A DNA stretch of 64,000 nt from assembly GCA_027364875.1 (NCBI GenBank), contig DAHXON010000002.1, positions 25,192 through 89,191 on the forward strand, read 5' to 3'. The number at the start of each line of letters is the position of its first letter. Position 1 is the first letter of the stretch. The DNA is from Chloroflexota bacterium (GTDB lineage: Bacteria; Chloroflexota; Limnocylindria; Limnocylindrales; CSP1-4). The position numbers and the translations under genes were made by a program. Below, piece by piece: positions 57,722 through 64,000 of the stretch. The notes beneath the pieces are model-generated. The model ran no database searches, had not been told where the DNA came from, and saw only the letters and a list, made by a program, of their open reading frames with translations.

Positions 57722-58755
57722 CGTGCTGCCTCACTCGTCTCGGCCGGCGCGTAGACGTCTCTGTAGAGCTCGGCTGGATCGGGGAGAGGACTATCTACTG
57801 CAAATCGGACGGCGTCCTCGATCTCCTCGGCCACCGAAGCGTCGATCAAAGCCAGGGCTCCGCCGCCAAGCAGGCCTCTGTGCGCGAGCTCGGCCTTGAA
57901 CAGCAGGATCGGATCACGCTTCAGCCAACTCTCGACCTCCGCGGGGTCGCGCCCTTCTGTCGGCGGGTGGCTTGAAGAGTGGCCTCGCTGCCGGTACGTC
58001 ATGCATTCCAGGAGGGTGGGCCCTTCGCCGGCGCGAGCCCGCGCGACCGCCTCACTCATAGCGTCGTAGACGGCCAGAACGTCGTTGCCGTCCACGGTAA
58101 CGCCGGGGAAGCCATATCCCTCGGCCCTGGCAGCAAGGCTGGTTCCCGCGAAGTGCTTCGATATCGGGGTGAATTCCGCGTAGAGGTTGTTTTCGATAAC
58201 GAAGACGGCCGGCAGCTTCATTACACCAGCGAGGTTGAGGCCCTCATGGAAGTCGCCACGCTCAGTCGCCCCGTCTCCAAAGAAGCAAACCGAGACTCGA
58301 TCCTCGTCCCTCATCTTGAACGCGAGCGCGGCTCCCGCGGCAACCGGAATGGACGAGCCGACAAGTGCGCTCCCGAGCAGTATCCCGGCGTCTTTCGAGC
58401 CCATGTGATGGGCGGTTGCCTTCCCCTTCGCCGCCCCTGTCGCCTTGCCAAGCATCCCCGATAGGAACTGCCGGACGGACACTCCTCGAACCAGGAACGC
58501 CGCCCGTGTTCGAAGCGAGGGGATGATGACGTCGTCGGGCCGCAGTCCGTAACAGACTCCGACCCCGATCGCCTCCTGGCCCTGACTTCCGTGAAGGGAC
58601 TCCACTACGAGACCCTTGCTCCACAGTTCCTGAGCCCGATCTTCATAGGCCCGGGTCAGGAGCATCCACCGGAGGATCTCCAGTAGATCTTTCTGTTCGA
58701 GTTGATCCGAGGGTCTCAAGTTGCTCCCTGAACTTTCAGTGGGATTTGCCTTCAC
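57718..58755 (-). CDS. 2-oxoacid dehydrogenase E1 alpha subunit (TPP-binding)
   Basis: ORF 57718..58755. FFGDGATERGDFHEGLNLAGVMKLPAVFVIENN (TPP motif), YRQRGHS. Confidence 0.9.
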   Translation of the reverse strand: MKANPTESSGSNLRPSDQLEQKDLLEILRWMLLTRAYEDRAQELWSKGLVVESLHGSQGQEAIGVGVCYGLRPDDVIIPSLRTRAAFLVRGVSVRQFLSGMLGKATGAAKGKATAHHMGSKDAGILLGSALVGSSIPVAAGAALAFKMRDEDRVSVCFFGDGATERGDFHEGLNLAGVMKLPAVFVIENNLYAEFTPISKHFAGTSLAARAEGYGFPGVTVDGNDVLAVYDAMSEAVARARAGEGPTLLECMTYRQRGHSSSHPPTEGRDPAEVESWLKRDPILLFKAELAHRGLLGGGALALIDASVAEEIEDAVRFAVDSPLPDPAELYRDVYAPAETSEAAR

Positions 58756-59939
58756 TTCGCGATCTCGCTCGCGACATCTTCGAGGCGTGACTTGACAGCG
58801 GCCAGGAACCTGACGGCCGTGGAGCCATCGACCACCCTGTGGTCGTAGCTCAGGCAGAGGTACATGACCTTGCCGGGCACGACCTGGCCCTCTCTTATGA
58901 CCGGCACGTCGGCCACGCGGCCCACTCCCAGGATGGCGACCTCGGGCACGTTGATGATCGGAGTGAAGAAGAGGGAGCCGAACGTGCCGGAGTTCGTCAG
59001 GGTGAACGAGGCACCGGACACGTCTTCCGGCTTGATCTTGCCCTGTCTAGCCTGATTAGCGAGGCGATCGATCTCAGCCTCGATCCCGACGAGGGTCCTG
59101 GTGCCGGCGTCGCGGACGACGACCACCACCAGACCCGAGTCGAGAGCCACCGCCACGCCGAGACTGACAGTGCGATGACGGAGAATCTGATCATCGACGA
59201 AGGTCGCGTTGATGTCGGGGAACTCGGGCAACGTGCGCGCCACAGCCCAGGCGACGTACGTCGTGTACGACAGGTGCGACTCCCGGCGAGCGTTCGCGAC
59301 GACGCTCATGTCGACGTCGATCACGGTCGTGACGTCAGCCGCTGTCCTTCGGCTGAGCGACATCCGATCCGCGATTCGCCGACGGATCCCTTCGAGCGGG
59401 ACGACCTCCACGTCATCATGCTTCGAGAGCGAGCCGACAGCATTACGGTCGGCGTAGGCCCTGACGTCCGCCTCGCCGATGAGGCCGCCCTGTCCGCTGC
59501 CGCGTACCTGACCGATGTCGATGCCCAGCTCCCTGGCGACACGCCGGGCGACCGGAGAAGCGGGGTCACGGCCGGCCACATTGGCGATGGGCGGATTCGA
59601 GTCGGACAACTGATGCGAAGCGGCAGGAGAGGTGCTGGATGCGCTTGCCGAAGCAGGATCGGGCTGGGCGGAGGCGCCGGTCGGCACGCCGACATCCTCT
59701 CCCTCGGCACCGATGACCGCCAGCGGGGCGCCGATCATCGCATCCGTTCCGACCGGCACGAGGATCCGGATCAGGACACCGGCCTCGGTCGCCTCCACGT
59801 CCATGTTGGCCTTGTCCGTTTCAACGGTCAGGACCGGCTCGCCAGGCTCGACGCGATCGCCTTCCTTCTTGAGCCATTCGACGACCCTGCCCGACTCCAT
59901 GTCCTGCGACAGGCGCGGCATGGTGAGTTCAGTGGCCAA
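58752..59939 (-). CDS. dihydrolipoamide acyltransferase (E2) with a single lipoyl domain
   Basis: Within ORF 58752..60122. Start is TTG 59939 (LATELTMPRLSQDMESG) or ATG 59921. Lipoyl motif VETDKANMDVEA, E3-binding PVARRVARELGIDI, catalytic DHRVVDG. Confidence 0.9.
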   Translation of the reverse strand: MATELTMPRLSQDMESGRVVEWLKKEGDRVEPGEPVLTVETDKANMDVEATEAGVLIRILVPVGTDAMIGAPLAVIGAEGEDVGVPTGASAQPDPASASASSTSPAASHQLSDSNPPIANVAGRDPASPVARRVARELGIDIGQVRGSGQGGLIGEADVRAYADRNAVGSLSKHDDVEVVPLEGIRRRIADRMSLSRRTAADVTTVIDVDMSVVANARRESHLSYTTYVAWAVARTLPEFPDINATFVDDQILRHRTVSLGVAVALDSGLVVVVVRDAGTRTLVGIEAEIDRLANQARQGKIKPEDVSGASFTLTNSGTFGSLFFTPIINVPEVAILGVGRVADVPVIREGQVVPGKVMYLCLSYDHRVVDGSTAVRFLAAVKSRLEDVASEIAK

Positions 59940-59951
59940 CGGAGCCCTCCG

Positions 59952-59977
59952 GTGTAACCATTCGCGAAACGTTTCGG
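59952..59977. promoter_or_regulatory. 26-bp bipartite LacI-type operator, site h
   Basis: gtgtaaccattcgcgaaacgtttcgg. Lies 13 nt upstream of the TTG start of E2. Confidence 0.6.
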
Positions 59978-60194
59978 CCAGTATAGACCAGACGTCAACG
60001 AGGCGAGTGAGGTTTCGACAGGAAACCGCCCGAGACCACGTAGCCGGGCAGCTCAGGGCACCGTCCGCCCGGCACGCGATCCTGTCCCTGCCGGATATCG
60101 GCAGCGGCCAGCCGCGACACACCTGCGTCCGGCTGTCGCGCGGAGGACCCTGGCGGACGCGCCTCCGGGCGAATCCATCCGATCAAAGCCACCT

Positions 60195-60220
60195 CCCAAA
60201 GGTTTCGCGAAACGGTTAAC
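60195..60220. promoter_or_regulatory. 26-bp bipartite LacI-type operator, site i
   Basis: cccaaaggtttcgcgaaacggttaac. Lies 163 nt upstream of the second gctA-like gene. The surrounding 40 bp are 34/40 identical to site a. Confidence 0.6.
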
Positions 60221-60382
60221 ATGATAGCGCGTTCGCTGGTGTCATTGACGCAGACGTCCGCGTCAAATGACCTGGGTGAAGGCGGCGCGCTGGCAAGCGC
60301 GGAGGGCAAGATGCAGGTCGGCGCCGTCCCGCGATGGCACTCCAGCCCGGGGCGATGCCAAGCAGAGTGGAGCACGATTAGC

Positions 60383-61303
60383 GTGAGCGTCATCGTTCGC
60401 AAAGTTCGCGCGACCAAAGTCCGGACCATGAGAGAGGCTGCGGCCCTGGTACCGGACGGGGCACGGGTGGCGCTCGGTGGGCAGTCTGTCTACCAACGAC
60501 CGATGGCATTCGTGCGGGAGCTCATACGACAGGGCCGGCGCGATCTCGTCGTGGTCGGCGTGCTGAACGGGCCGGAGCTCGACATGGCCGCCGCGGCCGG
60601 CTGCGTCGGCAAAGTCGAGACGTCGTACGTCGGACTCGAGCAGTTCGGACTCGCGAGGAACTTCCGCAGACTCGTAGAACGCGGGGCCATCGGCATCGAC
60701 GACTACTCCGAGATCACCGCGTTCGATCGCTTCCGGGCGAGTGAGGCCGGGTTGACCTTTCTGGCCAGCCCACATCTGGGCGGCAGTGACGTAGCCGCTC
60801 GCAACCCGAACGCGGTCGTTTTCGCCTGTCCTCTCACGGGGCGTCCCTACATTGCCGTCCCCCCGGCCGATCCGGACGTGGTTGTCATACACGCCGCGGC
60901 GGCCGATCAATACGGCAATGTTCTGGCCGCCCCCGCGAAGCTTCTGCCGCAGGACTTCGACCAGACCGTGGCTCGGAGTTGCGAGAAGGTGATCGTTACC
61001 GTCGAGAAGCTGGTGGACAACTCATACGTACGCCGGCACGCGGAAAGGACCGTCATTCCCGGGTTCCGAGTGGCCGCGGTCGTGGAGGCCCCCTGGGGCG
61101 CTCACCCATGCCACTCGCTTGGCTTCTACACCCTGGACAAAGCCCATTTCGAGGAGTACGTGGCCGCCTCATCCGACGACGTGGCTTTCAGGTCGTACCT
61201 GGACAAGTACGTATATGGACCGCCCGACGAGAGCGCCTACTTGGAGCTGATCGGGATGAGTCGGCTACGCTCGCTCTCTACCGTGACAGGAGTCGTCCTA
61301 TGA
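60383..61303 (+). CDS. family I CoA-transferase subunit A (GctA-like), copy 2
   Basis: Within ORF 60221..61303. GTG 60383 (GGAG 10 nt upstream) or ATG 60428. REAAALVPDGARVALGG, PDVVVIHAAAADQYGNV, VEAPWGAHP. Confidence 0.85.
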   Translation: MSVIVRKVRATKVRTMREAAALVPDGARVALGGQSVYQRPMAFVRELIRQGRRDLVVVGVLNGPELDMAAAAGCVGKVETSYVGLEQFGLARNFRRLVERGAIGIDDYSEITAFDRFRASEAGLTFLASPHLGGSDVAARNPNAVVFACPLTGRPYIAVPPADPDVVVIHAAAADQYGNVLAAPAKLLPQDFDQTVARSCEKVIVTVEKLVDNSYVRRHAERTVIPGFRVAAVVEAPWGAHPCHSLGFYTLDKAHFEEYVAASSDDVAFRSYLDKYVYGPPDESAYLELIGMSRLRSLSTVTGVVL

Positions 61304-62115
61304 AGGCGTCCGTGGCGGAGCTTCTTGCGGTGACGATCGCCCGGACCTTGCGGGACGACGACGTAGGTTTCACCGGCCTGGCAACTGGTCCGCGCGCGGC
61401 GCTGTACGCGACCTTGATCCCGCTCGCGGCGATGCAGTTTGCCCAGGCCACGCACGCCCCGGGCCTGACCTGTCTCCTGGCCGGCTGGTGTCACAACCCT
61501 TCCCCCGGGTCCATCACCCAGCTCCCGGACGCCGAGTTCGACCCGAATCTGCTGGCTCTACCCTGCGACGCGCGCGATCTCGGTTACCCTCCGCAGTACG
61601 TTGTCAAACGGGGCGATGTGAGCGTGGGCTTCTGCTCGGCGGCCCAGGTGGACCGCGAGGGCAACGTCAACACGGTCTGCATCGGAGATCCGGCCGCCCC
61701 CGATGTCCGGCTGGTCGGTCCGATCCTCATTCCCGAACACATGGCCTTGTTCGGTCGAGAGATCGTCATGATGCCGCGCCACGAGAAACGGATGTTCGTC
61801 GCGAGAGTAGATCACCGGACAGGGGTTGGATTTCCCGGCGGGCGCAGGGGACGAGCTGAACTCGGTCTTCGGGGAGGTGGCCCGGAACTCGTCGTCACGC
61901 CCAAGTGCATCTTCGCGTTCGACGCCGGCGGACGCATCTTCGTCCGTTCGATTCACCCTGGCATTTCGACAGAAGACGTGCGCGACAGCACCGGTTTCGA
62001 TCTGCCGGGTCTCGAATTCGCGCCCGTGACGGAAGAGCCCGGCCAGGAGGAGCTCGCGTTCCTGCGCGAGCACGTGGATCCGCATGGGCTGCTCCGTATG
62101 GACACGGCCGCTTGA
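61300..62115 (+). CDS. family I CoA-transferase subunit B (GctB-like), copy 2
   Basis: ATG 61300 (ATGA overlap) within ORF 60979..62115. MKASVAELLAVTIARTL...QVDREGNVNTVCIG. Confidence 0.85.
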   Translation: MKASVAELLAVTIARTLRDDDVGFTGLATGPRAALYATLIPLAAMQFAQATHAPGLTCLLAGWCHNPSPGSITQLPDAEFDPNLLALPCDARDLGYPPQYVVKRGDVSVGFCSAAQVDREGNVNTVCIGDPAAPDVRLVGPILIPEHMALFGREIVMMPRHEKRMFVARVDHRTGVGFPGGRRGRAELGLRGGGPELVVTPKCIFAFDAGGRIFVRSIHPGISTEDVRDSTGFDLPGLEFAPVTEEPGQEELAFLREHVDPHGLLRMDTAA

Positions 62116-62198
62116 CGTAACCCAGGCGCGGCGGAGGCGAGCGGCCGCTGGGTCGGCAGCGCTTTTCGGAATCCGGTGACGAATCAGGAGTGTTTCGC

Positions 62199-63746
62199 AT
62201 GAGTCAATCGCAGGGCCACGTCTCACCCGTCAGCGGTCCCCTCGCCGGGATCCGAATCCTGGACCTGTCCCGGTTCATTTCCGGCCCCATGTGCGGCAGC
62301 TTGCTGGCGGAGATGGGGGCGGACGTCATAAAAGTCGAACGACCCGGCGGCGAAGACTCGAGGCATCTGGGTCCTGCGCTCAACGGCATGAGCCTCTACA
62401 CGATGAACTACAACCGCAACAAGCGGGCGGTCACTCTCAACACCCGTTCGGAGCAGGGACGCGCCGTGCTCAGCCGTCTGGTGGCATGGTCGGACGTCGT
62501 CATCGAGAACTACCGACCGGGAACGATGGAGCAGATGGGTCTTGGCTACCCGCAGCTGGACGCTATCAAGCCCGGCATCATCCTTACTTCCGTTTCCGGC
62601 TTCGGCCAAACCGGCCCGTACAAAGACCGAGGCCTTTTCGATTTTCTGGCCCAGGCGATGTCCGGGCTCATGTCGCTGAACGGTTCTGAGGAAGATCCGC
62701 CGCTGCTTACCGGCGTGTTCATCACAGACTGTGTCGCTGCGATATACGCCGCTTTCGGCACTGCGGTCGCTCTTTTCGAACGACAGCGATCCGGCAAGGG
62801 GCAGGTCGTGGACGTTGCCCTGCTCGACTCGATCTTCTCCTGCATGGGCACGGCGGTGCCGGCCTATCTGATGGCCGGCCTCATGCCCGAGCGATTCGCG
62901 AACCGCGATCCGTGGGCCGCGCCGGCGACGGTGTTCGCCGCCAAGGACGGCGCCTCCCTGCTGGTCGCGGCCGGCACAGACCCGCTCTTCGTCAGGTTGT
63001 CCCAGGTGCTCGGCATGCCCGGCCTGCCGTCCGATCCGCGTTTCAACTCGATCGAGAGTCGAGTCGCCAATCGCGTCGAACTGGAGTCGATGGTCGCGGA
63101 TTGGGTCCGCGAGCGCGACGCCGAGGCAGCTTACGAGACGCTCGCCGACGCGGGGATACCGTGCGGGATAGTGGCGGATGTCCCTTCGGCGGTCCGAAAC
63201 CCCCAGCTGCACGCGCGCGAGATGCTCGTCGAGATGCAGCACCCGATTGTCGGACGCACGGTTCAGCCCGGAGTAACGGTGAAGCTCACCAGGACCCCCG
63301 GCGCGATCCGGATGGCCCCGGCTCTGGTTGGCGAGCACAATCGCGACGTCTACTGCGGGCTGCTGGGTCTGTCAGAGGCGGAGCTCGTGGTACTCCAGGC
63401 CTCCGGCGCTATCTACCGCCCCTTCGGGCCCATCGATCCGGCTAGCCCCGAAGCTCCGGCCTCGGCTGGAAATCCTCGCTCAATGCCCACGGCTGCGGCA
63501 TCGGGACGACCCATCGCACGGCGACGTCGAGTATCTGGAAGCGCCATTCGCCGTTTCTGCGCGAAACGCCGACCCGGTAGTGGCCGGCGAGAACCGTGCC
63601 GGCCAGACCGAGTGACGTCGACCGATTGTACAAATCCCACAGATAGGTTTCGGCGGAGGCAGTCCCGGACCCGTCGGGCTCGGTATCCAGGTCCGCGACC
63701 TCGACGACGATGTTCACGGCGTAGTGAAGCATCTCGGTGTGATTGA
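62199..63746 (+). CDS. family III CoA-transferase (CaiB/BaiF-like), copy 3, with a roughly 110-codon read-through extension
   Basis: ORF 62190..63746. A CAGGAG 8 nt upstream favours ATG 62199. GIRILDLSRFISGPMCGSLLAEMGADVIKVERPGGEDSR. Homology to copies 1 and 2 ends at ...LQASGAI (63413); a TAC at 63414-63416 replaces their stop codon. Confidence 0.8.
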   Translation: MSQSQGHVSPVSGPLAGIRILDLSRFISGPMCGSLLAEMGADVIKVERPGGEDSRHLGPALNGMSLYTMNYNRNKRAVTLNTRSEQGRAVLSRLVAWSDVVIENYRPGTMEQMGLGYPQLDAIKPGIILTSVSGFGQTGPYKDRGLFDFLAQAMSGLMSLNGSEEDPPLLTGVFITDCVAAIYAAFGTAVALFERQRSGKGQVVDVALLDSIFSCMGTAVPAYLMAGLMPERFANRDPWAAPATVFAAKDGASLLVAAGTDPLFVRLSQVLGMPGLPSDPRFNSIESRVANRVELESMVADWVRERDAEAAYETLADAGIPCGIVADVPSAVRNPQLHAREMLVEMQHPIVGRTVQPGVTVKLTRTPGAIRMAPALVGEHNRDVYCGLLGLSEAELVVLQASGAIYRPFGPIDPASPEAPASAGNPRSMPTAAASGRPIARRRRVSGSAIRRFCAKRRPGSGRREPCRPDRVTSTDCTNPTDRFRRRQSRTRRARYPGPRPRRRCSRRSEASRCD

Positions 63747-63969
63747 GCCTGTCTCGACGGAAGTAGTCTTCGATCGCGCCGGTTCCCACCCATTCCTGGT
63801 CCCCGAACCGAAAGGTGCCGTCAGGCCAGAAGCACGCGACGATGCCTTCAAAGTCCGCGTGATCGAGCGCCCAGGTGTATCGAAACAAGAGGTGGCGGAT
63901 GTCCTCCGCCGCCTCCAGCCTCGCAACGCGCTGCTCCAGAGTCGTTCGCCGCGAGTCGTTGAGCTCCAT
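63442..63969 (-). CDS. SnoaL-like / NTF2-superfamily protein
   Basis: ORF 63442..63969. LEQRVARLEAAEDIRHLLFRYTWALDHADFEGIVACFWPDGTF... is typical of SnoaL_4/NTF2-like proteins. Coding-like composition, unlike the overlapping + frame. Confidence 0.65.
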   Translation of the reverse strand: MELNDSRRTTLEQRVARLEAAEDIRHLLFRYTWALDHADFEGIVACFWPDGTFRFGDQEWVGTGAIEDYFRRDRLNHTEMLHYAVNIVVEVADLDTEPDGSGTASAETYLWDLYNRSTSLGLAGTVLAGHYRVGVSRRNGEWRFQILDVAVRWVVPMPQPWALSEDFQPRPELRG

Positions 63970-64000
63970 GTGTGTCTCACTCTCATGCGTTGATGGGCCG

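Overview
High-GC (about 70% by eye), densely coding bacterial chromosome segment, actinobacterium-like in codon bias and gene content. All calls come from reading the sequence and ORF track by hand; no homology search was run, and start codons are often uncertain by a few codons. Many long ORFs in the track are antisense or out-of-frame shadows typical of high-GC DNA and were discarded.

The window falls into three blocks.

(1) 1-13.4 kb is a translationally coupled nucleobase/ureide catabolic operon. It encodes two fold-II PLP enzymes, two atypical carbamoyltransferases, a carbamate kinase, xanthine-dehydrogenase Mo and FeS/FAD subunits and a hydantoinase. It is flanked by a second XDH-family gene and a guanine-deaminase-like gene.

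(2) 13.5-22.2 kb is a mixed, partly accessory stretch. It holds a degenerate GGDEF protein, AhpD/CMD-family genes (one split), and a secreted metallophosphoesterase with two tandem DNRLRE-like domains. It also has a lower-GC pair (bacterial PH-domain protein plus an unknown 3-TM protein). An IS481-family element is inserted at the 3' end of a non-canonical tRNA-like gene, with a 16-bp direct repeat.

(3) 22.2-64 kb is a roughly 40-kb catabolic supercluster. It contains a sugar ABC importer, an enolase-superfamily dehydratase, a DapA-like aldolase, iolB/iolC/aldolase, transketolase, fucI and an FGGY kinase. It also carries an acetoin/2-oxoacid-dehydrogenase-like E2-E1alpha-E1beta set with its own lipA and lpdA, and two paralogous family-I plus family-III CoA-transferase modules.

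The strongest sequence-level observation is that this third block is stitched together by nine copies of a 26-bp bipartite LacI-type operator. A single LacI-family regulator is encoded at 53916-54995.

Other notable items are a 21-nt poly-C tract splitting a TIM-barrel isomerase gene, two further likely frameshifts, and loss of the stop codon in one CoA-transferase paralogue. No CRISPR array or rRNA was seen.
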